IMG/VR virus record: IMGVR_UViG_3300020044_003383
Coordinates: 1-29,979 of that record
Strand: one strand, 5' to 3'
Length of the DNA stretch: 29,979 nt
Source of the DNA: a virus
Lineage: Duplodnaviria; Caudoviricetes
Shown here: one piece after another, positions 15,565 through 25,297 of the stretch
How positions within the stretch are numbered: position 1 is the stretch's first letter
Layout: every line of letters begins with the position of its first letter
The notes under the pieces: model-generated
The model's database searches: none
The model's input: the letters and a program-made list of their open reading frames with translations, nothing else
What the model was told of the DNA's origin: nothing
Translations under genes and position numbers: made by a program

Positions 15565-17620
15565 TTGACGTAAAAATACAAAGCGAACAAGCCGAAGGGG
15601 CGGTCAAATCTTTAAAGCAACAATTTCGTGAGGCACAAAACGAAGTAAATGAATTGAGCGCAAAATTTGGTGCGACATCACAAGAAGCGGTCAATGCCGC
15701 AAAAAAAGCGTCTGAATTAAAAGACGCAATCGGTGATGCCAAATCTTTGACAGACGCATTCAATCCAGATGCGAAGTTTAAATCTTTGACGTCTTCATTG
15801 TCTGGTGTTGCTGGTGGATTTTCAGCGGTTCAAGGTGCAATGGGGCTTGTTGGCGCTCAATCTGAAGACGTTGAAAAAACACTTTTAAAAGTTCAAAGCG
15901 CAATGGCATTATCAACTGGGTTACAACAACTTGGTGAAAGTGCCGACGCATTCAAACAATTGAAAGCGGTTGCAATAAATGCTTTCAACGGAATCAAAGC
16001 CGCAATCGGTTCTACTGGTATTGGTTTACTTGTTATCGCATTAGGTGCTATTTACACATATTGGGATGACATCAAAGAAGCGGTTTCTGGTGTGTCTGAA
16101 GAACAAAAACAATTGAACGCATTAAGTCAAAAAAATCTTGATTCTGAAAAAGGAAAACTTGACGCAATCGGAAGTCAAGACAATGTTTTGAAATTACAAG
16201 GAAAATCTGAAAAACAGATTTTGCAAATGAAAATTGCACAAACGGACCAAACAATTAAGGCTGGTGAAATCAATATTCAAAATCAAATTGTTTCAAACAA
16301 ATTAGCACTTGAAGCCGAAAAAAGAAATTACAAATTATTGAAATCTTATCTTGACGCAATTTCAATTCCTTTGAATTTTTATACAAAGCTGGTGCAAAAG
16401 CAATAAATGGGATAATTGATTTGATGAATAAAATTCCAGGTGTTGAAATTGAAACAAAACTTGATACAAAACTTGTTGAAAAATCCGCTGACTGGTTGGC
16501 GAAACTTGCATTCGATCCAAAGAAAACTGAAGAAGACGGAAAAAAACAAGTTGAAGAACAACAAAAATATTTGGCTAAATTAAAAAATGACAAGGCTGGT
16601 TTGCAATTACAAATAAACGGAATTGACAAAAAAGCATCTGAAGACTCACAAAAAAGACAAGAAGAAAAAAACAAAAAAGATGAAGAAGCACGTCAAAAAG
16701 AAAAAGACGAACTTCAAAAACAAAAAGACGCATTAAAATCTATTGAAGAAAAAGCGTCAAAAGAACTTGAAGACTTAAAAGCGAAAACGGATCGTGAAAA
16801 ATTAGAGTTACAAAAGAAACGTGATTTGGAAGAACTTGACAATATTAAATTGTCTGAAGAAGAAAAAGCAAAAGCACGTTTTGACATTTTAGAAAAGTAC
16901 AGAATAAAAAGCGAAGAACTTGACGCGATTGAAGCGGAAAAGAAAACGACAAAAGAAATTGAAGACAAGCAAAAAGAATTAGAAGACCAGACACTTACTT
17001 TTGAAGAACGTCGTGCAATTCTTGATGAACAAAACGCAATCATAACTGAAGGCGATTTTAAGACTGAAGAAGAACGAACAAAAGCAAAAGATGCGAATGT
17101 AAAAGCAAGAATTGAGCTTGACAAATTAGAAGGAAAAGCAAAGATTGACGCACTTGACGCCGTTTCTCAAACTTTGAATGGTGCATCTGAATTACTTGGA
17201 AAAGAAACTGCGGCTGGAAAAGCAATGTCCGTTGCAAGTGCAACAATTTCAACATTCTTATCAGCACAAAAAGCGTATGATGCGACAATTGGAATTCCTT
17301 ACGTTGGACCATTTCTTGCACCGGTGAATGCTGGACTTGCAATTGCATCTGGTATAAAAAACGTTAAGTCAATTTTATCTGTAAAAGTTCCAGGCGGTGG
17401 CGGTGGTGCTTCAGCGCCTTCGATTTCATCAAGTGCAACGGCTGGAGTTACTTCAGCACCGAATTTTAATGTTGTCGGAAACGCTGGAACAAATCAATTG
17501 GCGTCAAGTTTAGGCAACGCAATGCAACAAAATCCAATACAAGCGTATGTTGTTTCTGGTGCGGTTACAACTGCTCAATCGTTAGACAGAAACATCATTT
17601 CAAATGCATCACTTGGATAA
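15546..17620 (+). CDS. Tail tape measure protein, interrupted by a -1 frame change near 16376-16380 (ORFs 15546-16406 and 16421-17620)
   Basis: Ala/Gly-rich helical and hydrophobic segments plus a long coiled coil; adding one T to the T5 run gives a continuous 691-aa reading (...PLNFLYKAGAKAINGIIDLMNKIPGV...). Confidence 0.8.
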
Positions 17621-17628
17621 AAGTTTAT

Positions 17629-17658
17629 AACAAAATAACAAATTTTAATTATTATTAT
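17629..17658 (+). promoter_or_regulatory. Putative late promoter 2
   Basis: AACAA at -30 and TTAT at -10 relative to ATG 17659. Confidence 0.55.
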
Positions 17659-18756
17659 ATGGAAACATTCGAAGTAATTTTCAACGAAGGACAGACAGAC
17701 GGAGTTTTTGGCATTTCTTTAGTAGAAACACCAGCCACAGACGCACAATTCATTGCATTGAGTAAACAAAAGCAAATTAAATTGTCAACTATTGACAACG
17801 AAAAAAGACTTTTACTTGGTGCGGTTTTAGTTCCAGATTTGGAAATATACAGAAATCAAAATGGACACGAATTTTTTATAAAGTTTTCAAAAGAAACGAT
17901 TCGCAAATCGATGGAAAACTTTTTCAAAATGTCGTATCAACAAAATTCATCATTGGAACACGACAAAGAAATTGAAGGTGTTACTTTTGTAGAATCTTGG
18001 ATCAAAGAAGACGACGTTCACGACAAGTCAGTTCAATACGGAATGAACGAACCTATTGGCACTTGGTATGCAACTATGAAAGTTGATAACGAAGAAATCT
18101 GGAACGACTACGTTAAAACGGGACAAGTGAAAGGATTTTCAATTGATGGAATGTTCGATTTGGAAAAAATCAATTTAACACAAACAAATATGAATTTAAC
18201 TGAACAAATTACAAATGCAATCAAATCTGGATTTGATGCGGTTTTGAACAAGACTGAAAAAGTCGAAATCAAAATGGCTCAAATGAAGTTGGTTGATGGT
18301 GTTACAATTTTAGAGGCTGAATCTTTTGAACCAGGACAAGCGGTTTTTATCGTTGCTGAAAATGGGGATTTAATTCCAGCGCCAATTGGTGAACACGAAC
18401 TTGAAGACAACACAATTCTTGTAATTGTTGAAGAAGGCATCATTGCTGAAATCAAAGTGAAAGAAGAAGTTGAAACTGAAGAAGAAGTTGTTGTTGAAGA
18501 AGAAGTTGAAATGTCTGACGACGCAACTGAAAAATTGACAAACTTAATCAAAGAAATGATGATGCAATTTTCAAAACAAGTTGGAACGGAAATTGAAACA
18601 ATCAAAACTGAATTAACAAAACAAATCGAAGAAATTAAACTTTCAAAAGAAGTGAAATCTTCAGTGAAATTCACACCAGAAACAACGCAAGTTGTTGAAG
18701 TGAATTTAACAAAAAAACAAAGAATTTTAAAAAACGTTAAAAATTTAAACAACTAA
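17659..18756 (+). CDS. Prohead protease (XkdF/S78-like) fused to an acidic scaffold domain
   Basis: GISLVETPA, SLEH and VKGFSIDG (catalytic His/Ser context); acidic helical C-terminal half; directly upstream of the capsid gene. Confidence 0.8.
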   Translation: METFEVIFNEGQTDGVFGISLVETPATDAQFIALSKQKQIKLSTIDNEKRLLLGAVLVPDLEIYRNQNGHEFFIKFSKETIRKSMENFFKMSYQQNSSLEHDKEIEGVTFVESWIKEDDVHDKSVQYGMNEPIGTWYATMKVDNEEIWNDYVKTGQVKGFSIDGMFDLEKINLTQTNMNLTEQITNAIKSGFDAVLNKTEKVEIKMAQMKLVDGVTILEAESFEPGQAVFIVAENGDLIPAPIGEHELEDNTILVIVEEGIIAEIKVKEEVETEEEVVVEEEVEMSDDATEKLTNLIKEMMMQFSKQVGTEIETIKTELTKQIEEIKLSKEVKSSVKFTPETTQVVEVNLTKKQRILKNVKNLNN

Positions 18757-18759
18757 AAA

Positions 18760-19689
18760 ATGGCTACAACAACAACAGTAACATCAAATTACAATGGAAA
18801 AGCGGCTGGTGCAATTATCGGTCAAGCATTCAAAGAAATTGACACAATTTCAAAGAACATTGTTACAATCGCTGAAGACGTAAACTTCAAATTAGCATTA
18901 AGAAAAATTCAGTACACTAACGGAACGACTGCATATTCTTGCGGATTCACACCAGCGGGTGCAATGGTTTTAAACGAAAACACTTTAGAGCCTAAAAAAT
19001 TCAAAAATGATTTAGACGTTTGCAAGGAAGATTTCCGTGCAACTTGGTCTGACGGAATTATGGGTGCAAACGCATCAAATCCAAACGCACCAGCTGACAT
19101 AATGGAAGCAATTCAAATGGAAGTTTTAGGCGCTATGGCTGAAAAATTAGAAACTGACATTTGGCAAGGTTCTGACGCAAACGCTGACGAATTTGACGGA
19201 TTCATCACATTATGGGCGGCTGACGCTGACATTATCAAAGGCGGTAACGGATTGACAAATCCAAGTGCGGTTGTATCTGAATCAAACGTTTTAGATTCTT
19301 ATTTAAAACCAGCATTGAATGCGGTTCCTTACGCATTAAGACGTAAAGAATTAGTTGTTGCGGTTTCACCAGACGTTGCACAAATGTATGCTTTCAAATT
19401 AGCAACTGCGGGTGTAACTAACGGATTAGGAAATACAGATTTCGCATTATCAATTGGTCGTTATGCAATCGAGGTTGTAAACGGATTACCAGACAACACG
19501 GTTGCGGTTTTCGAAAGAAAAAATCTTGTTTTCGGAACTGGTTTACTTGCTGACTACAACACATTTACTTTAGTAGATGAAGACGAAATCGGTTTATTAA
19601 CTGGAAAAGTTCGTGGGAAAGTTGTTTATGCGGCTGGAGTTGGATATTACAATCCAAGTGAAATCGTTTGGTTAACTTACGAAGACTAA
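18760..19689 (+). CDS. Major capsid protein
   Basis: 309 aa following the protease-scaffold; ETDIWQGS...FDGF motif; high-expression codon bias; followed by a hairpin. Confidence 0.8.
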   Translation: MATTTTVTSNYNGKAAGAIIGQAFKEIDTISKNIVTIAEDVNFKLALRKIQYTNGTTAYSCGFTPAGAMVLNENTLEPKKFKNDLDVCKEDFRATWSDGIMGANASNPNAPADIMEAIQMEVLGAMAEKLETDIWQGSDANADEFDGFITLWAADADIIKGGNGLTNPSAVVSESNVLDSYLKPALNAVPYALRRKELVVAVSPDVAQMYAFKLATAGVTNGLGNTDFALSIGRYAIEVVNGLPDNTVAVFERKNLVFGTGLLADYNTFTLVDEDEIGLLTGKVRGKVVYAAGVGYYNPSEIVWLTYED

Positions 19690-19703
19690 TTCACAAAAAA
19701 TAA

Positions 19704-19733
19704 AAACCGACATTTGAAAAAGTGTCGGTTTAT
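19704..19733 (+). terminator. Stem-loop (terminator/attenuator) after the capsid gene
   Basis: AAACCGACATTT-GAAA-AAGTGTCGGTTT, 12-bp stem with one G-U pair and a GNRA loop; weak U tail. Confidence 0.75.
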
Positions 19734-19757
19734 TAACTAATTTTAAATAAAAAATAT

Positions 19758-20288
19758 ATGTCTTGTTTAGTTTCAAAAGGAAAATTGCTTAATTGCAAGG
19801 ATCAAAAAGGCGGAATCAAATCAATTTATTTCGCAAACGGAACTGCTGAAGATTTTGCATTCGTAATTGCATCGCATCAAGTTACATCATTGGGAACTTT
19901 AGACGAAGTTTTCAAATATGAAGTAAAAGCAACAACAAACACATTGACTGAAACTGGAACTTCTTCGGAAGACAACGGAACATTCTTTGTTGCTCAAGCG
20001 TTGGCGGTTACATTGCCAAAATTGTCAGCGGATTTACAAGCACAAGCACAATTGATTTGTGCTGGAAGACCAAGCGTTTTTGTTGAAGACTACAACGGAA
20101 ACATTGTTCTTGTAGGTGCTTTAAATGGTACTATGTCGAATATGACAAAAGTAACGGGCGGAGCCTCTGGCGACTTGTCGGGCTTTACTTTAGCAATCAA
20201 CGCTGAAGAAAAAGACAATTCACCATTCTTGGATTCAGCAATGAAAACTGCATTAAAATTATTAGTATCTGACGTGGTGGTTTCATAA
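19758..20288 (+). CDS. Putative major tail (tube) protein
   Basis: 176 aa, beta-rich, high-expression codon bias, flanked by terminators. Confidence 0.6.
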   Translation: MSCLVSKGKLLNCKDQKGGIKSIYFANGTAEDFAFVIASHQVTSLGTLDEVFKYEVKATTNTLTETGTSSEDNGTFFVAQALAVTLPKLSADLQAQAQLICAGRPSVFVEDYNGNIVLVGALNGTMSNMTKVTGGASGDLSGFTLAINAEEKDNSPFLDSAMKTALKLLVSDVVVS

Positions 20289-20308
20289 AAATCGGATTTT
20301 AATTGTTG

Positions 20309-20344
20309 AAAAACGCATTGCATTCATTTGTAATGCGTTTTTTT
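20309..20344 (+). terminator. Rho-independent terminator
   Basis: AAAAACGCATTGCA-TTCATT-TGTAATGCGTTTTTTT. Confidence 0.85.
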
Positions 20345-20348
20345 GTGT

Positions 20349-20378
20349 TACAAAAACAAATTAAATTGTTATTTTAGT
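20349..20378 (+). promoter_or_regulatory. Putative late promoter 3
   Basis: TACAA at -30 and TTGTTAT ending at -7 relative to ATG 20379; immediately downstream of a terminator, where a new promoter is required. Confidence 0.6.
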
Positions 20379-20687
20379 ATGGTAGTATTCAATCCAACAG
20401 ACGAAATTCATTCATTGCGTTGCATTCCAAGATTAAATTCGGAATTTGTAACCTTAAAATTACGCAATGAATTAAAAGATACAACAGAAACATTCGAAAT
20501 TGAGTCAATAAATTACAATTCTTATATGATTTTGGAATTTGTGAAGACATTTGTTGAGGGCGAAAGTTCAGAAATCGAAATATTTGATTCAATTACTGAC
20601 GAATTATTGTATCGTGGCAAATCTTATGCAACATCGCAAACAGATTTGGAAAATTACAAACTAACAAAAGGAGTTTTAAAAGTATAA
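20379..20687 (+). CDS. Small virion structural protein (true start probably ATG 20379)
   Basis: In frame with track ORF 20343-20687, whose listed start overlaps the terminator tail. Confidence 0.6.
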   Translation: MVVFNPTDEIHSLRCIPRLNSEFVTLKLRNELKDTTETFEIESINYNSYMILEFVKTFVEGESSEIEIFDSITDELLYRGKSYATSQTDLENYKLTKGVLKV

Positions 20688-20688
20688 A

Positions 20689-22620
20689 ATGGAAAATAAA
20701 ATACAAATATTTCAATTAGCAAACTACAATCGACCAGAAATCAAAGAAGTTTCTGGTAAAAAGTGGGTTTTAAATGGCGACAAGAATCAATTTTATTATG
20801 ATATTATTGACGCTTACAACGGATCGCCTACAAATTCAGCAATAATTGATTCATATTCGCAATTCATTTACGGAAAAGGATTGACATCAAAAGACAAAGT
20901 TTCAAAAGCATCGAATTGGGCTTACGTTATGTCAACACTTTCAAAGTCAGACTTGCGAAAAGTTTGTAAAGATTTTGAAATGTTTGGTGAAGCGTCTTTG
21001 GAATTGAAATATATTGACAATAAATTGCAAAAAATATATCATATTGCAAAACAATGTATTGCACCAGAAATCGCAAACGAAGACGGCGAAATTAGTGGAT
21101 ATTATTTTTCGTATGATTTTAGAAATGTAAACAAATACAAACCAACACGAATCGATGCGTTCGGATATGGTGAACCGACAAAAGGTGAACGAAGTGAAAT
21201 TTTTATTATTTCAGATTATCAAGTTGGACAATTTTATTATAAAAACCCTTCATATATTTCGGGACTTCCATATTCAATGATGGAATCGGAAATTGCAAAC
21301 TATTGTATCAATCACATTCAAAACGGATTGTCATTCGGACACGTTATAAATATGAATACGGGTGTGCAATTGTCTGAAGAAGAAATTCAACAAAACACGC
21401 AACAAATCAAAAATCATTTGACTGGTTCTGGTAATGCTGGAAAATTCTTTTTAAATTGGAACGACAATAAAGATTCAGAAATTACAATCACACCGCTTGA
21501 AGTTAGCGACGCACACCAACAATACCAATTTTTAAGTGCTGAATCACGTCAACAAATTATGACATCACACAAATTGACGTCTGGTTTAATTGTTGGAGTT
21601 GGTGCATCAAGTGGATTTTCTTCAAATGCTGACGAATTAGAAGTTGCATTTCAAGAATTAATGATAAATGTAATTCGACCAAAACAAGAAATCATTCTTG
21701 ATAATTTAATGGAAATTTATGCAAGTCAAAACGTTTCAATTGATTTGTCTTTTATTTCATTACGTGCATCTGACGTTGTTTCACAAGACAATGTTCAATC
21801 TGAAGTTATTGAAACAAATCTTTCGTATAATGAAAATCAAATTTCAAGTGCGATTGACATAATTGCAAAAGTAAAAGAAGGAATTTTGACACAAGAACAA
21901 GCGATTGTTTTCTTGGTTCAATTCTTATCATTACCAGCTGAAGTTGCACAAGCAATGTTCACAAGTCAAGTTGCACCAATAACACAATTATCACAACAAA
22001 TTTGTTGTTCAAAAGAAAAAACAAACGAAGACGAAGAAATGATTCTGAATCAAATTGCTGAAAGTTTGATTGAATTAGGCGAAGACGAAGACTTGGAAAA
22101 TTACGAAGTAATTGACGAACGCAAACAAGATGAAATTCCACAAATTACGGAATTGACTTTAAAATTGGCAAGTGTTCCGACATCGTTTCCAAACGTAACA
22201 AGCGAACAAGACAATGACTTGTTTAAAATTCGCTATCAATACGCACCATTAAGAACAAGCGGAAATTCACGTGAATTTTGCAATAAAATGGTGAGTGCAT
22301 CAAAAGTTTACAGAAAAGAAGACATTTTGTTTGCAAGTCAAAATCCAGCAATCAATCCTGGTTTTGGTCCAGGTGGTGCAGACACTTACAATTTATTTTT
22401 ATACAAAGGCGGTGTCAATTGTTCACATTTTTGGACACGAAAAATTTACTTAAAAAGAAACAACAAATCAATTTCAGTAAATGAAGCAATAAGAATAATA
22501 AATGAATTAGAACCAAGCGAACGCGCTGGTGCAAGACTTGAAACAAATCCAATTGAGGTGGCGCAAGTTGCTGAATCGTCAAACAATTATTGGTCGTTAG
22601 ATCCAAATTATAGAAAATAA
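20689..22620 (+). CDS. Portal protein with C-terminal MuF/gp7-like extension
   Basis: The first ~360 aa has portal motifs (SPTNSAII, FEMFGEA, LTGSGNAGK, IMTSH, NVIRPKQ); the C-terminus has YQY...SREFC...GGVNCSHFW. Confidence 0.8.
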   Translation: MENKIQIFQLANYNRPEIKEVSGKKWVLNGDKNQFYYDIIDAYNGSPTNSAIIDSYSQFIYGKGLTSKDKVSKASNWAYVMSTLSKSDLRKVCKDFEMFGEASLELKYIDNKLQKIYHIAKQCIAPEIANEDGEISGYYFSYDFRNVNKYKPTRIDAFGYGEPTKGERSEIFIISDYQVGQFYYKNPSYISGLPYSMMESEIANYCINHIQNGLSFGHVINMNTGVQLSEEEIQQNTQQIKNHLTGSGNAGKFFLNWNDNKDSEITITPLEVSDAHQQYQFLSAESRQQIMTSHKLTSGLIVGVGASSGFSSNADELEVAFQELMINVIRPKQEIILDNLMEIYASQNVSIDLSFISLRASDVVSQDNVQSEVIETNLSYNENQISSAIDIIAKVKEGILTQEQAIVFLVQFLSLPAEVAQAMFTSQVAPITQLSQQICCSKEKTNEDEEMILNQIAESLIELGEDEDLENYEVIDERKQDEIPQITELTLKLASVPTSFPNVTSEQDNDLFKIRYQYAPLRTSGNSREFCNKMVSASKVYRKEDILFASQNPAINPGFGPGGADTYNLFLYKGGVNCSHFWTRKIYLKRNNKSISVNEAIRIINELEPSERAGARLETNPIEVAQVAESSNNYWSLDPNYRK

Positions 22621-22621
22621 G

Positions 22622-23128
22622 ATGACAACAATACTTTTAAAAGAAAACGAACTGACAAAAAACACCCCTTTGGGTGGCAATATTGACGTTGACAAATACG
22701 TTTTAGCGATTGCAGACTTTCAACGCATTAGAGTTGAAGAAATTCTTGGCGAAACACTTTACAATAAAATTTGCGAAGACTTTGAAAACGACGATTTGGT
22801 TGATGAATATTTAACTTTGTACGAAAATTATTTAGTTCCTTATATCATTCACGGATCGGCAATGGAATATTTGTTGTTTGGTGCATATCAAATAAATAAT
22901 GGCGGAATCACAAAGCACAATCCAGCGGATTCAACTTCAGTTGACAAAGTTGAGGTTGATTATTTAGTGAATCAACAACGTTTAAAAATGGAAATGTACG
23001 AATCACGTTTGGAACGTTGGCTTTGTAAATTTCATTTGCCAGAATATGTTTCAAATTCAAACAATATTGTAAATCCAATTAAATCAAAGTTAGTTTGTGG
23101 AAAATGGTACTTACAAAATCCATATTAA
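22622..23128 (+). CDS. Putative head-tail adaptor
   Basis: 168-aa helical protein after the portal, with ILGETLY motif. Confidence 0.55.
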   Translation: MTTILLKENELTKNTPLGGNIDVDKYVLAIADFQRIRVEEILGETLYNKICEDFENDDLVDEYLTLYENYLVPYIIHGSAMEYLLFGAYQINNGGITKHNPADSTSVDKVEVDYLVNQQRLKMEMYESRLERWLCKFHLPEYVSNSNNIVNPIKSKLVCGKWYLQNPY

Positions 23129-23130
23129 AA

Positions 23131-23250
23131 ATGCGAAAAGTAGATAAAAGAACTGAAGAAAACATCAAAAAACTAAAACTATTTTTAAAAAATGCAAACA
23201 CTATTAAACGGAGTAACCACAACAACAACGTCAGCGAAAAAAACAATTAA
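23131..23250 (+). CDS. Small basic ORF, 39 aa (not in ORF track)
   Basis: MRKVDKRTEENIKKLKLFLKN...; starts 2 nt after the previous stop. Confidence 0.45.
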   Translation: MRKVDKRTEENIKKLKLFLKNANTIKRSNHNNNVSEKNN

Positions 23251-23461
23251 TGGATTGCATACAATTGTGTGCAAAGGATTGAAAGGTTACAAGCAATTTA
23301 TAGATTTCTATATTAGTGTTGACAATGTGCATTTTGTACTTTATAAGACGGTGATTTTAGGTGATGAGGTTTTCAATTTCAACGTTGGTAATTGTCATAT
23401 TTATTGTAAATTTGAAACGGAACTTGAAGACAACAATCCGATTTTTGTTCACATGACTTAA
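23192..23461 (+). CDS. Hypothetical beta-rich protein
   Basis: 89-aa ORF before the fibre gene. Confidence 0.55.
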   Translation: MQTLLNGVTTTTTSAKKTINGLHTIVCKGLKGYKQFIDFYISVDNVHFVLYKTVILGDEVFNFNVGNCHIYCKFETELEDNNPIFVHMT

Positions 23462-23512
23462 TTGTTGAAATTGAAATAAAAAAAATAAATAATTAAAATA
23501 TAAAAACCAATT

Positions 23513-25273
23513 ATGGCAATTGAAATTATAAATGTTGGAACAAGTCCAAATGACGGAAATGGTGATCCAATTCGTGATGCTTTCATAAAATGCAACGACA
23601 ACTTCGACGAACTTGAAACAACAAAAATAAGTGGAAGTGGAACAGATGACTATATTCCAAAATTCAACGGATCAGATGGTATTGAAAATAGTCAGATTTT
23701 TGACAACGGAACAAATGTCGGAATTGGAACAACAAGTCCGATAACTGGTAATTTAGTTATTGCACCAACAACAGCATCCGCTAATGTTGAGGGTATTTCT
23801 GTTTTATTTCACCCAGACGGAAACATAACAAGAGAACGTATAAAAATTTGGATAAATAATTTTAACGGACAATTAGATTTAAAAGATAGTGGAGAAGTTA
23901 AAAAAGTTCAAATTAATTCAAACGGAAACTCTTATTTAAACGGTGGAAACGTTGGAATTGGAACGACTTCGCCAAATGGTATTTGGTCTGGAACTAATAG
24001 GTCTTTACAAATTAGTGGTTCAACAAATACTTCAAGTGAATTAGTCCAAACAAGACCAGGTGCAAATATTACAAGATTTTTATCTGGAACAAATGATGAA
24101 TTTGGTGTTTATACTGATAGCGCATTAAATTATACACTTTACACAAATGGTGCTGAAAGATTTCGTATCACTTCAAGTGGACAAGTTCAAATATCAAGTC
24201 CAATTTCAGACGCTTTAAAATTAACAAATTCAAATAGTGGTGCATACAACGGAGTTTTAATTCAAAATGATGCTTCAAATCAAGTTGTTATTGGTATTGG
24301 TGGCTCAAGTGTTGGTGGTTCAAATCAAAATAGAGGTTATAGCGGAACTATTTCAAATATAGATTATTATTTGATGACTAACAACACTGAAAGAATGCGA
24401 ATTGATTCAAGTGGAAACGTAATTATTGGCGCAACTTCTGGTCCGCATAAATTTTCAGTAAACGGAAAAATTGGTGGAAATATATTTAGCGATAGTTTTT
24501 TGGAATTTACGTCTGGCGGAAATACTTTATTAAAAGCAAATGACGATGTAATTATTGGCTATTCTCAAAATACAATTATAAAACAAAACGGTAACTTTGG
24601 TATTGGAACGACAAGTCCTTCAAATTATAGCGGTTACACAACACTAACTTTAAACAATGCAACAAGCGGTGGTTTAATTGATTTACAAAACAACGGAACG
24701 AGTGCATTAAGAATTTCGGCAGATAGTTCAACACAAGTTTCAATATATGGTGCGACTGCGGTTCCTATGATATTTACAACAAACGCTTCCGAAAGAATGC
24801 GTATCACTTCAAGTGGTAACGTTGGTATTGGAACGACAAATCCTTTAAAAGCATTACATATATCAAGACCAGCGGTTTCAGCACCAGTTTTAAGATTGCA
24901 AACAACAGATATAAGTTCAATAAATGGTACAATTGAATGGGCAAATAGTTCAAATTCAGTTTTGGCTTTTATTGGCTCAAACTATAATGTTGGCGATAAT
25001 TTTGGAAATCTTGAATTTGCAACTGGTGGAACATCAACAAGAATGGTAATAAATTCAAGTGGAAATGTTGGAATTGGAATTTCAACACCAGATGCAAGTT
25101 CAATACTTCATTTGCGTTCAAATTCAAAAGGCTTTTTGCCGCCTACAATGACAACTGGTGAAAGGGATTCAATAGGTGGTCCAGCAGACGGATTGATAAT
25201 TTATAATACAGATACACAAACTATAAATGTTTTCACAAATAGTGGTGGTTGGAAATCTTTACTTTACATATAA
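23513..25273 (+). CDS. Tail fibre/receptor-binding protein
   Basis: N-terminal INVGTSPNDGNGDPIRDAFIKCNDNF (T4 gp9/gp10-like anchor); repeated ERMRI.SSGNVGIGTT modules; C-terminal KGFLPP..MT...GLIIYNT module. Confidence 0.85.
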   Translation: MAIEIINVGTSPNDGNGDPIRDAFIKCNDNFDELETTKISGSGTDDYIPKFNGSDGIENSQIFDNGTNVGIGTTSPITGNLVIAPTTASANVEGISVLFHPDGNITRERIKIWINNFNGQLDLKDSGEVKKVQINSNGNSYLNGGNVGIGTTSPNGIWSGTNRSLQISGSTNTSSELVQTRPGANITRFLSGTNDEFGVYTDSALNYTLYTNGAERFRITSSGQVQISSPISDALKLTNSNSGAYNGVLIQNDASNQVVIGIGGSSVGGSNQNRGYSGTISNIDYYLMTNNTERMRIDSSGNVIIGATSGPHKFSVNGKIGGNIFSDSFLEFTSGGNTLLKANDDVIIGYSQNTIIKQNGNFGIGTTSPSNYSGYTTLTLNNATSGGLIDLQNNGTSALRISADSSTQVSIYGATAVPMIFTTNASERMRITSSGNVGIGTTNPLKALHISRPAVSAPVLRLQTTDISSINGTIEWANSSNSVLAFIGSNYNVGDNFGNLEFATGGTSTRMVINSSGNVGIGISTPDASSILHLRSNSKGFLPPTMTTGERDSIGGPADGLIIYNTDTQTINVFTNSGGWKSLLYI

Positions 25274-25297
25274 ATTAATAACTAAATAAATAAAAAA

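Noticed and set aside
15700-17170. Several GACGCA hexamers within the tape measure gene as extra iterons
   Set aside because: Explained by Asp-Ala codons (GAC GCA); no phasing or companion motifs.
23700-25100. Fibre repeats as a diversity-generating retroelement
   Set aside because: No reverse transcriptase; the repeats are short, in frame, and do not show adenine-specific differences.
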